Shown here piece after piece: positions 1-14,902 of a stretch of 64,000 nt of DNA (within the stretch, counting starts at the first letter, position 1; each line of letters opens with the position of its first letter). The stretch is from the human T2T-CHM13v2.0 reference genome, Homo sapiens. Where the stretch lies: positions 29,152,001 through 29,216,000 of the forward strand of contig CP068257.2 of assembly GCA_009914755.4 (NCBI GenBank). Reading direction: 5' to 3'. The notes beneath the pieces were generated by a model that was not told the origin of the DNA, did no database searches, and worked only from the letters and a program-made list of their open reading frames with translations. The position numbers and the translations under genes are program-made.

Positions 1-1082
1 TCCACTGAACTCCTTGGTTCCCAGGGAAGTATTCCTGCCCAAGCATGGTTGTGAAAATTGTTGTTTCTGTGGAGGGTTGAGGGATGGAATCTCTTACTCT
101 ACCATCTTGCTTACATCCTGCCAATGCATATTTTATTTGGGCACAAATTCTCCTTCTTGAAGACATTTGATTATTCTTTTTTAGCTCATTTGGTTCATCC
201 TTAACATGTTTGTATTAGATTTAAATTAGCATAATGGCATATAGTAAAATCTACTGTAAAAAAAAGTAAGCAATATTGCTTACAGAGTCACTAAACTGAA
301 CACCTGCAAAACTAAGTAAATATTCACTGCCAATCCATGTTAGTGAGAAGCTAAGTACTTTTCTGCTAGCTCTGACAAAGTACCGTACTGGAGATTATGC
401 ACTGCCACCAAGTTATTAAGCTTCTCTTCCTCTCTAACAGAACCTAAGGAAAAAGCCTTTCCTCTCCAACTTCCGACTTGAAGATGTGGTCACTGGCATT
501 GATGCCCTTGTGCTGAAGTGATCTCATAAATTGAAACTTAAGATGATGCTTTCTGAATGTTTTTAGAGATGAACTTAACATTTCTGTCCTCACGTTTATA
601 TTAAATTAATTCATAACATCTTTGTTATTTTAAAATATAGGTTTTGTTACTATTTAGAGACGGTTAGGACAATAGATCAGGAGACAATGGCCACTGAAAA
701 GACAGTTTGTTATCCACATGGATCCCAAGATGAGGAGGCATGCCACACCCAAGGGAGTTACCTAGAGGAGGGCTAGAGTCAATCAAAAAGCAGAGGCAGA
801 AGAGGAAAACGTGAAAAAGAACCTTCGCTGTGGCTTCTGTGCGAGGCAGGGTAAGCAGGGATTGGCAAGTTTGGATCATTTCAGTGGGCTCTGGGGCATA
901 GGCGCTGTCCCTACTTGTCTGGGGCCTGGCCCAGGGGTTATTTGAGCAGGTGGATAATGGCCCAGAGTGTGAGACCCCAATAAAGGAGGTGGCTGGGGGT
1001 GTGCATTCTGAATTGGCTGCTTTGCATTTGAAACGTACACTCACTGGTGGTTTGTTTACTACCTCTAGAAACTGGCTAACTT

Positions 1083-1431
<349 letters not shown>

Positions 1432-2797
1432 TCAAAGCACCAGAATACAGAAAATAAAAGACACGGTTAATACATTTACATGTACTTGTTGCTTCATTCA
1501 ATTACTAACAAAAATTTGTCTTTCAACATTGAGTGGTGATGGAGCAACATTCTTGACTTTCAAGGTAAATTATTTATAAAGCATCTATACCTCAGTTTCA
1601 TTGCATGCACACTAAACTGAGCATCTCCTCTAGAAGAAAATGACAGGAAGCAGATATAATGAAAGAAATACATCCATGAATTTGGTTACTTTAGTAGCAG
1701 ATTCCAGCAAGTGAATTAAAAATCTGCAAGCAATCGGATATCCTGTTATGTTGGTATTATCTACAAAGCGCAATATTAATATTTTAAAGCACCATTTAAC
1801 ATGTTATAAATGTTATATATTATAAATGCTATATGCATAAACGCACTTACATTTAAAAATGCTCCATCTTATTTGGAGCATCTTAGATAAGCACATAGCA
1901 AAGAATCTCCAAAATTCTCTTTATGTCATATCGTTTGTTCTTGGCCAAAGAATAAAATGATTTTTAATTAGCTCGCTATTTCTCTGATTATGGACAATAA
2001 TTCTGTTATTCTACTAGTGCTGTAATTATGCCCTGAACACAAAACTGAAGAATGAGAAGAGAAATCATAATGCACATAATTACCAAATGACTCATGGCCT
2101 CCATCATCTTTCCTCCATTGTCACTTGCAATTGCAATCACTTTTCCTTGCTGAGTTTCCTTTCTGCAAATATATGTTGCCACCAGATTCACAATGTTGCT
2201 CATCATGTGAGTTGTAGAGATTTATCAGCAAAGGAGTAAATAAAATCATGATAAGTTTCATCATTAACTCAGCATTTTATCAAATTAAAAAAAATTTTAT
2301 TGTTTCTGTATGTATGCAATATACACTGTTCCTAATGTACACAATACAGGAATAGCATATTTAGTTATATTGTTAATCCTTTGGCAAACAGAATATAATT
2401 CAGGAAAAAAAATTTAAGTAAAATTAAAATATAAATATACTCTAGAAGAAAATCTGTGCTTCAGGGTCATACCTAAGGAAATCTCCTGAGAGCTTGTTGG
2501 AAAAGAGGAATCTCAGGCTCCAGTCCAGATCCAGTGAATCCAATTTGGTTTTTAACAAAAACCTGATTTGAACATAATTTGAATCCACCTTAAAGTTCGT
2601 GAAACATTGATTTAGATAGCATAAGCTCTCCTAATAGTTGGATCACTCCTCAATGTAGGCATCTCTTTAAATACGTATCTGTTCTTAATAATTTTAATTC
2701 AAAAATCACAGTTGTCACTAATTACTGTGGCATATTTCTCTTATGATCATGAATACTCCAATTAGCAGATTAGCATTTCAATATATAAAAGCATGAA

Positions 2798-3138
<341 letters not shown>

Positions 3139-3849
3139 TTATATTTGAAAGTGAATGTTCAGATAATAACTATAAATTGTAACAACATTCTTTGTAAAAC
3201 TGACATTGTCACACTGCTTGGAACCATCATATGACCAGGAATAATGAAAAGATCAGAGATATCAAGAATAAGATTGGAGTTGACATGAGGTCCTTCAGAA
3301 TTCCAGAAGCTGAAGCCAAAGTAAATGTTAAATTTATTCTGTGTATACCTAGTCAATACATTATCTTCCTTTTTCTGTTAATTTTTATCATAAAACAGAG
3401 CATCTGCTTATGTAAGAGTGCAGAATAACATGTTCCCAAAGTACAATCTAGAAAACGCTGCAGCTTTCGGCCAGGAAGAATTCCGTCATCCAGATACAGA
3501 TATGTCCTTTTTTTTCTGTGAAATTCGTAAGTATAAACTTAACAATGATTCACCATTAAATAAAATTACGAATCTATGGCCATTCTCATAATTGTTTCTG
3601 CCTATTAGTCATACCTCTCTAGGGCATTATGAGATGCCCAAAAATAAATGGGTTTATTCGAATATATTTTGTTCAAAACTACTGGTAAAAACAACCTTAA
3701 ACTACATAGTTGCCAATTTTATGGGGAGTAGGGTGGTGCCTGTTTTGTCTAATTCTGTCTCCTTGAGCAGGGTCTAAATTAGAGGGTAATAGGACTACTT
3801 AATAGTCAATTGATGAGTCTCAACAAAGTTTTTTTTGGCATTATCTTAG

Positions 3850-4215
3850 TCAATTTGGCCCGCTATAACAAAGTACCATACACTGGGTGACTTATGACTA
3901 ATAGAAATTTATCTCTCACAGTTCTCGAGGCTGAAAATCTGAGATCAGGGTGCCAGCATGGTTGGGTTCCGGTGTGGACCCCCTTCCGGAGTGTGGACCA
4001 CAGTCTTCCCATTGTATCTTCACACAGTGGAAAGAGGGTATGACTTCTCTAGAGTCCCTTTTATAAAGGCAACAATCTCATTCATGAGAGCTTCACCATC
4101 TTGACCTAATCACCTCCCAAAGGAGGTCCCATCTCCTAATATCACCACATTGGGGGTTAAGATTTCAACATATAAGTTCTGTGGGGATACAAATATTTAG
4201 TCCATTGCAGGCAGA
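3850..4215 (-). mobile_element. same LTR-like family as 5175..5565, opposite orientation
   Basis: cagttctcgaggctgaaaatctgagatcagggtgccagcatggttgggttccggtgtggacc...ttttataaaggcaacaatctcattcatgagagcttcaccatcttgacctaatcacctcccaaaggaggtcccatctcctaatatcaccacattgggggttaagatttcaacatataagttctgtggggatacaaatatttagtccattgcagg is the reverse complement of the ...ccagcctccagaa...cttgatcttggac... family. Confidence 0.55.
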
Positions 4216-5174
4216 ATTCTCAGAAATTATGTAGCCATATACTGAATAAATAGGTAATGGGTTATTTTGCCAACTTTACTTTCAACGAAATTGAATGATA
4301 ATTGCATTTCAATTAATAGATCATTTAAAATAATTTTGTTGTTAGATAATTATTTACTTTTGGCTTACACCTCAGGAGAGGTCAAACAATCAAGCACAAT
4401 TGCTGTAACAAAAATTCCTCCATTTTGTCTGCTTACCTGTAGAAACAAGGCCGCCGATGTTTTCTATCTAGAGATCTAAAGCTAGGAGTAGGACTGATGC
4501 TGAAATTTATCTCATTCTAGCAAAGAATAGTTGTTCAAGAATCTGTGAAATAGTAAATTTTAAATAAAAAGCTATCTATTTTTGTCTCATCATTGAGCTA
4601 TATATCAATTTTTATTAATATTTTAGTAACTATTGTATTTGTAATATTTTTATGACACTCTGATGCATGATGCATTATGCTACATTTTATCGAATCTAAA
4701 CTCCACCAAATGTGTAGCATGCAATTATTTTATTCACCATTAAGGAAATTCAATGGTACACATTAGGCCTTTAGATTTGTTTGTCCCCCATATCCTCTAC
4801 TTTATACCTCTGACCTACTTCTCCCCATTTCCTCTATCCCTCTTCTGTGGTAACAATTAATGAGGAATATAGCTAATAAAATTGTACTGTACTTGGAATT
4901 TCTGCTAAATGATTAGATTTTAGTTGTTCTTGCCACCAAAAAAAGGATATTTTTGTCAGATGATGGCTATGTTAATTTGCTTCACTGTAGTACCATTTTA
5001 CTCTCTCCATGTATCCCATAACATTACATTGTATACCTCAAATACACACAATAAAATTTTTAAAAAAGAAAATGCAGTGGCACACATCACTTGTTAAATG
5101 CACACAATTTCCAAAATATTAAAATGTGAAAACATATGCACCTAAATATCAATGAAATGTAGTAATAATTATGA

Positions 5175-5565
5175 TAACTGCTATGGGCTGAATTGTGTCT
5201 CCTGCCAAAATTCACATGTTAAAGGCTTAACCCTCAATACTATTATCATTGGAGAGAGGCCCTGTAATGAGGTAATTAGGGTTAAATGAGGCCATAAAGA
5301 CAAACGTGGGGGCCCGGATTTCATAGAATACTGGGTTGTGCTCTCTCTCGCTCTGTCTCTCTCTCCCTTTGCCATGTGGGGACACAGCAAGAAGATGGCC
5401 ATCTACAAGCCAAGATAAGAGGTCTCAGAATGAAACCTACCTTGCCAGCACCTTGATCTTGGACTTCCCAGCCTCCAGAATGGTAAGAAATAAATTTCTG
5501 TTGTTTAAGCCACCGAGCCTGTGAAATTTTGTTACGGTAGCCTTAGCTGACTGAACAACAATCTA
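5175..5565 (+). mobile_element. LTR-like interspersed repeat (MaLR-related family; exact family not assigned by eye)
   Basis: gggctgaattgtgtctcctgccaaaattcacatgttaaaggcttaaccc...ggccctgtaatgaggtaattagggttaaatgaggccataaag...ccatgtggggacacagcaagaagatggccatctacaagccaagataagag...caccttgatcttggacttcccagcctccagaatggtaagaaataaatttctgttgtttaagccaccgagcctgtgaaattttgttacggtagccttagctgactgaacaa, a very common dispersed human repeat. Copies of the same family lie at about 3850-4215 (minus orientation), about 37700-37880 (3-prime end only) and about 53290-53940. Confidence 0.6.
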
Positions 5566-5919
5566 ATCCAAAAGGACAATTTTAAGACATAGCTTTGTGG
5601 GAACAGGAAATAAAATTTATTAATAAATAAAGTTGTATGGAAAAATACATTATAAATTTATAATTGTATCTTTATGTGAATATTTTTGAGAAGATGCACG
5701 ATAGAGTAGTTAATAAAATACTTATAAAAATATATTTCATTAGTAAAATACTCTATGGGAAAAGGACAATGGAAAGATAAGTTCAAGGAAGAAAAAAGAT
5801 GCAGATTTCTTTTAAGATCTTAAGGATTTTTCAATGAATAGTAGTGCACAGCAAATGGCTATTATACTTACATTTTACTGGTAGATTTTTAAAGTATGGT
5901 AATAATTTTATTTTAAAGT

Positions 5920-6235
5920 GACAATATTGATACGGTTTGGCTCAGTCCCCAACCAAATCTCATACTGAATTATAATCCCCAGTGTTGGAGGTGGGAACAA
6001 GTGGGAGGCGATGGGACCTTCCCTTTCACTCTCTCTTCCCCGTTCCCCTTCCATATAAACCACACTTGCTTCCCAGTAGCCTTCCAGCATGATAGTAAGT
6101 TTCCCGAGGCCTCCCCTGAAACAGCAGCCTGTGTAGCCTGCAGAACTCTGAGCCAGTATAAACTCTTTTCTTTATAAAGTGCCCAGCTGCTAGTTTTTTA
6201 TAGCAGTGAGACAGCGGACTGATGCCGACATTTGA
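5920..6235 (+). mobile_element. ERVL-MaLR LTR (THE1/MST-like), internally deleted
   Basis: tgatacggtttggctcagtccccaaccaaatctcatactgaattataatccccagtgttggaggtgggaac...ttataaagtgcccagctgctagttttttatagcagtgagacagcggactgatgc, which has the THE1/MST LTR head and tail. Confidence 0.7.
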
Positions 6236-8562
6236 AATATGCCAGAAATTATATTCTTTGCATCTAATTAAATATTAATTTCATATTTTAGATACTATCT
6301 TAAAGAAATAAGAGAAGGCATTTATGAGAAGGGTAGATATTATTAGTGTTCACCAATCTCATATTCTCTTATTGTAGGCACCCAAATGCCTTGTATTTGA
6401 TAGGGCCATTTGACAAATTCTGGCCAGTTATATATAAGGGAAAGAGATGTGTGCGTCTTTCAAACAGCGTTAGTGATTCTCTAGTTTCTCTTTCTTCCAC
6501 CGAAGACAAAGGAAGTCAGTCTTTTTGCAGATGATGCTGCCAGTACATGATGGGTCTCCAGCCCCCGGGATTCCTAAGTCACTTTTTAACAACACACCTC
6601 TGACATCCTGCAATGGGCATGTTACATTAATATGTAATAAATTCATGTTGGGAGAAGCCACTGAAATTTTAAGGTTGTCGGTTACCTCAGATGAACTTAG
6701 CCTGGGCTGATGCAGAAGGGGAATCCGTGAGGAAAAGGAAATGAGGACCATCATGATCATGGAACTCTGGGGAAGAGAAAATTTTTAAAGCTGTTTCCAT
6801 GTGTTTTACAGAGGAAAAAGTGACATGAGGTATGAGAAATAGTTAATGAATCTGATAAATTGGAATTTCTTTGATGATCTTACAGAAAAAGGTTTTCAGG
6901 GAAGTGTTGAAGGTTGATTCAGTTGCTATAAATTGAAGAGGGAGTAGGAAGTGAGGCGGTGGCAGTGTGAAATGCCATTTCAAGATTGTGGCTCTGAAGG
7001 GAGAAGTCGAGGGAGAAATTTAAAAGGGAGATGACATACTAAAAAATATTTTCTAGAAAATTGAGTGTCCGTCTGGCCTGAAATAACTCATATATATGCA
7101 ATTTGTGTAAATCCCAATGTACTTGTAGTCCAAATTACAAATAATACCGAGTAATGCACAATCTTTTATTTCTCACCAAATCTTTAATGTGTCTTTGTTT
7201 CTCTTCTCGACTAAGTCATCAGCTTCTAGAGAGAGAACAAAGGCAAAAATCGTATTCATGTATTTGTCTCACAGCAACTACAAGTAACTGGTATTTAGTA
7301 GAAGCCTGATAAATTTGATTCATTGACTAATTAATCATAATCTGTAACAATGTCTTGAAAATTAAATATAATAATATAAAGATTGTGGTTTATATATGCT
7401 TTTCTTATGAAGATTAATTAATAGCATATAAATACCATAAATTTTATAAGTAACATTATTCTTATTACCCCCAAAATTAACAGGATGTACTAAAAGGCCT
7501 TTATGTAATAGATATAATTATAACCTCTAAATGCACATGGTTTTTCCATTAATCAATTATGTCATCTGTAAACATTCAGGACCAAGTCAGAAAATATCAT
7601 CTGAAATGAACAATTATCTGGCTGCTACCCATAGCCCACTTGATGCTACATTTTAGGACAAGCAAGTATATGTTATTCATTTATTCCTCCAGTTACTCCA
7701 CAGTTGAAACAAGCTGAAAAATAAGAAGGCTAATAAGGACTTCACTCTTTTGCCATTGATAGTCACTGAATATAAGAAATATACTATTACAGACAATGAA
7801 TGTGTTCAGTGTTCTGGAGAATTTCTACTAATATTTAATCTCTGGATTCAAAGGAGAGGTGTTATATTATCTCAGGGCACAGGGATGCTCCTCTCTGGAC
7901 ACCATGTATGTCAAAATACTTTGGTGCTTCAACGGTGATAAAATGGAGAGGACTCTGAAAGAGTGACAATCCTGTCCTAAAACTAAAATCTGTACACAAA
8001 TTTGAATATCTTTAGAGAATATAAAATAAATCTGCCCAAATATGAATCTCTAAAAATCAAAACAATAAATAAGTCAAAGAGAGGGTAATTCAGGAAAGAA
8101 GTAAGCAAACACTTCTGATAAACTATTCGGGATCCAGCACTTAGATATAAACTCGGGACCCAAATTGAATAAAGAATGAAAAAATATATAACAATCACAG
8201 CAATACAACAAAGTACACCCAAAAAATCAGAAAGGAGAATCAGCTATTGCTATGCTAAGGAAAAGGTACTTATTTTTAAAACTCAACATAGAAAAACAGC
8301 TCCCAACTTTAACTGAAGTTAAATATGTGATGTCACCCAAGCATAATATTACATGAAAAGAAGAAATAGATCCCTAAAGGGAGAGTATCTGAGGAACTTC
8401 AATAAAAGTCATTCAATCCATTTTGAGGTAAAGTCAGTTCAATGCTAGCATTTGGATTCCCAGGTACAACAAAGAATAGAGACATTAGTTACCAAAAAAT
8501 AATATAATAACTGGAGCTGAGATGTGAGCTGAGCAAGTGGATGAGCTGATGGGTCATGGTGA

Positions 8563-8860
8563 TCAAGGTGTAGAAGTCCCCAGGTAAAAAATGGTAGAGT
8601 GCAGATGGCCAATATCTTCCTCAGCAAGCTGGGCTTCTACATTATCAGCCAAAAGCAGAAACACATCCACAGCTATATCCAAGTCATTGGAAACATCTAC
8701 ATTCGCACCCATACCCATAGCCAGAGCCACAGCTGCAACCCAGTCTCCAGAGAGACCATATTCAAATGAGTCCAAAAGTTGAGAAGATCCTGAGGGGTAC
8801 CAGCCAGAATAGCAATTATTATAATGCATCAAATGAGAACGAAGGATGCCCTCTAATATC
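8563..8860 (-). pseudogene. KRTAP8-like pseudogene (degenerate, frameshifted, lost initiator region)
   Basis: The minus-strand sequence aligns by eye to KRTAP8-1 over the tgctactgg...ggctatggctac...gatatagc(g/t)ttggctgtgg region. The predicted peptide begins MHYNNCYSGWYP against the CYWGSYGYP motif of KRTAP8-1, then shifts frame: ggctatgggtatgggtgcg is read GCT ATG GGT instead of GGC TAT GGG. A decayed TATA (ggatattagagg against gggatatataaag) sits at about 8849-8860. About 80 bp between the TATA and the coding start are deleted relative to KRTAP8-1. This may correspond to one of the annotated KRTAP8 pseudogenes, but I cannot confirm which. Confidence 0.55.
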
Positions 8861-10194
8861 CAGAATCAAGTAATCAAAGTTAAACAACACTATCATTTCA
8901 GGGTCATTCCTATCTACCTAGCAGTGGGTGGAATGCTACAAATAAATTCTGTATCTTATTATTTTATTAACTGATTTAAAGGAAATGATAAATCTCATTA
9001 TCTTTTGTCCTCTTATATGAGTAGAGCCTTTGAAATGGGCTCAACAGTACTACAACTTAACCTCAAAGCATATTTAGTTTTCTTTAATGAGTACAATCGA
9101 CAGTCTATAATAAGTAGTGAAAAATCTTTTCTTTTTAGCCCCAGATTTAAAGCTATGTATCTAGACTGTGTTCTACTCTGCTCAAACACACTGAAATTTC
9201 TTTGCCTTCTAATAAAATCTCAAAACCTGTGATGAGGTGAACCTTCCCCAGAAACTAGAAGTTTCTGAACAAATCTCACTTGAGATAGAAAAGACTCACT
9301 CGCTTAGAATGTTGCTGACACACACCTGCCACTTGTCATTTACCATGAAGCTGAACTGCCAGCAGGGTATGTCCAAATGTAGCAATTGCCCACAAGTATT
9401 ATCCAGAGATATTAGCAGACTCCAGCAAGGTAAATACCAACATTAACTAACACTGCCTTGTCCTGAAACCACAGGAGGTGTTTCTCTTTAAAAAGCATCC
9501 AGCTAACAAATAGCTTCACTTGCTTTTTCAAAGTGTGCAGGTGTTTTAATGAATATCTGTATTCAGTAGGGATCATGTTAAATTTAAAAACTGCTAGTCT
9601 CTGAATTGATTAACAACCCATGTATAGACACCAAAGCCCTGCACAAGAGCCCAAATACAAACATGAAAACCCTGCTCAAGAGGCACATCTGAAAATGAAG
9701 GATAGTCCACACTTTAATCTACAATATAAACAAACCTTATCTACTTCATAGTCCTCTGGTCTGGACTTTAAACCTACAAAACTTCCATTCCAGCTCCAGA
9801 GTTCTACTTTCCTAGTTGCTTTAATATTATGTCAAGAACCACCAAGTGCTGATATATTTATGAAGAACCACCAAAGTGCTAGTACAATCAATGATATTCT
9901 CCAGAATTCCCGTGCAAACATAAGATAAACTATTGGGCTATCATAAATAAAAGTTCAAAAAGTGAATAGAAATCATTAAAAATGTATTAATAAATTCAAT
10001 AAAAAGAAAAGCCATGTTGTTTTCAAGGCAAAGTTAGAGCCAATGGTAATTTTTAGCATTATATTCACTAACAAAACATATGTAATATGTAATATGAAAA
10101 CCCAGGTACATTACAGAAGTGGCTGTCAAAATTAGGGTTAGAACTGCATTAAAGCTTGTTAGTATTCAAAGAGCCATTAAAAACAAGATTTGAG

Positions 10195-11590
10195 TCAAAA
10201 AATAACTCAAGGTGGATTAAAGATGTAAATCTAAGACCTGAAATCATACAAATTCTAGAAAAAAAACTTAGGAAAAACTTTTCTGGACATTGGCCTAGAC
10301 AAAGAATTTAGGACTAAGATCCCAAAAGCAAATGCAACAAAAATGAAGATAAATAAATGGGACCAAATTAAACAAAAAGCTTCTGCACTACAAAAGAAAT
10401 AATAAAAAAATATTAAACAGACAACCTACAGAATAGGAGAAAGAGATTGGTGTAAAAGTAATTGCAGTTTTTGCTATTTAAAAGTAATGGCAAAAGCCAC
10501 AATTACTTTTGTACCAACCCAATACTTGCAAGCTACAGTTCCAACAAAGGAAACTAATATACAGATTCTACAAGGGACTAAAACAAATCAGCAAGGAAAA
10601 AATAGCAATCCCAATAAAAAGTGAGCAAATCACATGAATAGACATTTCTCAAAAGAAGATATACAAGTGGCCAACAAACATATGAAAAAATATTCAACTT
10701 CATTAATCATCAGGGAAATACAAAATAGAATCATGATGAGATACCACCTTACCCCAGCCAGAACGGTCATGATTAAAAAGTTTAAAAAAAATAGATGTTA
10801 GTGTGAATGTGGTGAAAAGGGAATGCTTATACACTGCTGGTGGGAATGTAAATTAATACAACCACTATGGAAAATGGTATGGCGATTTCTCAAAGAGCTA
10901 AAAGTAGATTTACCATTTGATCCAACAATCCCATTGGTAGTTTGCTGGGTAACTGCCAAAAGGAAAATAATTCATTATATCAAAAAGTTGCCTGCGCATG
11001 CATAGTTACTGCAGCACAATTCACAGGTGCAAAGGTATGAAATCAACCTAAGTGCCCATTCACCAATGAGTGAATAAAGAAAACCCCATATACACATTCC
11101 ATAGTGTATATATACAGGATGGACTAATACTCAGCCATAAAAAAATGAAATAATGTATTTTACAGCAACTTCGATGGAATTGGAGGCCATTATCCTAAGT
11201 GAAGTAACTTAGGAATGGAAAACCAAATACCGCATATCCTCACTTACAAGTCAGAGCTAAGCTATGGGTCCGCAAAGGCATGCAGAGGGTATAACGGATG
11301 CTGCAGACTCAGAAGGCGGGATGGTGGGAGGGCTGAAGGGAAAAAATTACCAATTGGGTACAATGTATATATACACCATGGAATGTGCATATGAGATTTT
11401 CTTTATTCACTCATTGGTGAATGGGCACTTAGGTTGATTTCATACCTTTGCACCTGTGAAAGTAATGGGTACAATGCACGCTATCTCGGTGATAGATATA
11501 CCAAAAACCCAGACTTCACCACTGCACAATTCATCCATGTAACCACACACCACCTGTACTCCTAAAGCTATTGAAATTAAAAAGAAAGAA
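10195..11590 (+). mobile_element. old L1 (L1M/L1PB-like) ORF2 C-terminal region plus 3-prime UTR, carrying a MADE1 insertion and an internal inverted duplication
   Basis: ctcaaggtggattaaagatgtaaatctaagacctgaaatcatacaaattctagaaaaa matches L1 ORF2 ctcaaaatggattaaagacttaaatgtaagacctgaaac. It continues through the translated HFSKEDIQVANKHMKKYSTSLIIREIQNRIMMRYHL and [33 protein letters not shown] motifs to the diverged L1 3-prime end. No poly-A. Confidence 0.85.
10446..10520. mobile_element. MADE1 (mariner-derived MITE, about 75 bp palindromic) inserted in the L1
   Basis: attggtgtaaaagtaattgcagtttttgctatttaaaagtaatggcaaaagccacaattacttttgtaccaaccc, a characteristic ggtgcaaaagtaattgcggttttt / aaaaccgcaattacttttgcacc palindrome. 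Confidence 0.85.
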
Positions 11591-12512
11591 CTGTTTTGAG
11601 ACAGGATTTATAGGATTACAAGAAACATTTTGGCAAGTATCTGAATGTGATCTTCCTCAACACTGTCGTGGGTTTCCTCTTTGCTCTCTTGCCCAACCCT
11701 GACTCTTGTCAACCATTAGTGAAAAATATTTATTGCCGCTCACTTCCCATGTGGCAGTGTTTAACCTGTATGTCATGTTACCCAGAGGGTTGGTGTCACC
11801 ATTTTACTGATGGACAAAACAATGTTTAGCTCAACCAGCCAGTCAATTTAGAGGAAAGGTCACTACCATTTGATTACCTTTTCTTCTCACCCTGCTGGCA
11901 ATTGCAGTGTTTTTATTTTTTTCCTTCAGTTGAGCTGTGATATGGGTCATGAAGAGTGGCAAGAATCTTAGGAGAAACAGAATTTTAAAAAATAGATTTT
12001 CAGAATATGTATTAGTTTTTAAAACAAAACACAAATATATTCATAAATGTGATATTCTACAGGAAAATCTATATATTATTCATGGAAATCTATATCCTTA
12101 ATGGTCTATTGAGTGGTAAAATTTATCTGAAAATTTATTTCTAAGCCAGTTCCTATATAATAAGAATAGTAAAAGTTTCTGCTAGAGTGTAGGGGAGAAA
12201 CTATGGACACAAAGACCTAGAGATCAAAATGGTATTAGATATCTCAAAAGCAAAAATGAAAGCCAGAAAAAAAAAGGGGGCAAGTTTTTCAATAAAATGA
12301 AAGAAAATTATTTCTAACCTAGAAATCCAGTCAGTCTATAAACTGTCAGGTTAAAATAAAAATATTTTTAGACATGCGGGATCTCAGAAAGTTTACCTGA
12401 AGAGTTACTAGTTCAGACAAATGCTATAGGATGTGCTCCACCAGAAATTAACAAATACAAACACAAATTCAGGCAGAGGATGATATTAAATGGAGTGGCA
12501 AAGAGGATTTGA

Positions 12513-12820
12513 GGCAGGGCGCAGTGGCTCACGCCTGTAATCTCAGCACTTTGGGAGGCCAAGGCGGGTGGATTACTTAAGGTCAGAAGTTCTAGACCAG
12601 CCTGATCAACATGGCTGAAACCCGTCTCTACTAAAATTACAAAAATTAGCCAGGCGTGGTGGTGGGCACCTGTGATCCCAGCTACTCAGGAGGCTGAGGC
12701 AGGAGAATTGCTTGAATCCAGGAGGCAGAGGCTACAGTGAGCTGAGATCGCGTCACTGCACTCCAGCCTGGGCGACAGAGAGAGATCCTGGCTCAAATAA
12801 ACAAATAAATAAATAAACAA
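12513..12820 (+). mobile_element. Alu (AluS-like) with (AAAT/AAAC)n-modified tail
   Basis: ggcagggcgcagtggctcacgcctgtaatctcagc...gagatcctggctc followed by aaataaacaaataaataaataaac. Confidence 0.9.
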
Positions 12821-14545
12821 AGAGGATCTATGCTATGCAGCCAGCCTAAAGGGCAGCAAACCTGATTGGACAGGGCACAAAAGGACAGTGAGCTCCAAAA
12901 AGAATATTTCTAGCGCAGAGATGGAACCAGTGGATTTTCCAATGTGTATAATCCTACAGTGAGAATTTTACAATTCTGTCAATGAATTTAAAGATGGTTT
13001 CTTGGTGGAAAACTTAGGCAGTTATTAATTCATGGAAAGGAAATGCTATACCAATGCACCAAGGATTTGGGGTAAGTATGTGAATACTTGTTATATAGCC
13101 CTGGCTGGTCTCAAACTATACCAATACTACAGTATATACACAGTAAAGACTACTGTGATATTACCATATGGGAGATTGTGAGAGGGAAACTGCATGTGTC
13201 TTGGGTGAAGCGTATGTTTTTTAAAATCCTCATTTCACAAAATAGGAAGTTAGTAAATTATGTGCAAAATTGAGGAAACAAAAAGTACAGAATAAGACTA
13301 TTATGGACAAATGATTAAGTATGGAAAAAGTCTAAAATACTTGAAGGTGGGTTACTACTGCACAGAATAAATCAAAGGTAAGAAGCCTCTATTTTTGTTG
13401 TCTGCTTTTTTGTAGAAGTTACTTTTGAATCATCCATTTAATACTTTTATTATTTTTAATGTTAATTAATACTTTTTGAAGATAATTTTAACTAGAAATA
13501 AATGCTATAAAACAGGGTAATGAAGACGGGGCCTCGGAAAGGTATCTTCAGAATCCATTAGGACATGGTATGAAAGAAGAAGGTTATTTTAATTGCAATG
13601 GCCTAGCATTGAAGAATAACATGTGTTCCGAACCTTAAAAATACTTCTGACATTTGATTTAGTATGCTGGCTCTAACTGGAGTCTAAAATAAGCAAATAA
13701 TCAAAGATGGGGTTACTGATTACTTAGTAAATGTTCATTAAAATATTACTTTAAATGATAAAGAATTGAAAGCATCCTAAATATATAAAAATTGAGTTAA
13801 TATTAATAAAACATGCTGCATTTATACAGAATAATATGGTGCAGTCATTTTGAAATAATATATAATTACATAGGGGAGTATTCAAAATAATCACATTACA
13901 AAGAATACAAAAATTAGTTTTTCTATATTTTATAATTATTATTTTACTAAAGAAATAATACTAGTTACTCCTAAGTAGTGAATAATGTGTATGTTTTTTC
14001 GAACTTTGTTTTCCATACTGTTTGCAATGAGCAATTATGGATAGAAAAAAACAATGAATGTTTTTATTTTTCTACCAAAGTAACTCAGAGTCCAAATTCC
14101 TGTAATCTTTTCTTATGGAGCTAAATTTCTTTTTTTAAATAGTTTCTAATGTTTTTCTCTAGAATATTCCTTAATTTTCTATATTCTTAATAAAATTCAG
14201 ATGATAAAATAGAATCAATATTCTCATAAGAGTTTGAATGATGCTATACAGTGGAAGAATTATCACCTCCCATATGTCCTACTTGTATTAACTCCCATAT
14301 GTACCAGGGTTTTTTTAAAATTATACATCATGTTGCTGATTCATCCCTAGTGTGCAATGGTTTGGTTTCTGAAATATTTCCCCAAGCCAGTGTTTCTCCA
14401 TTCTTTACCGGGCCCTGCCTCTTACTTGTTCCTCTCATGCCAACTTTCACTTTTGCTGATTGCCTTGTTTAGGTAGCCTTCAAAATCTATTTCTAACCTT
14501 CAAGGTTTGGGAATACCACTTGGTCTCACAACACTGGAAAAATGT

Positions 14546-14902
<357 letters not shown>

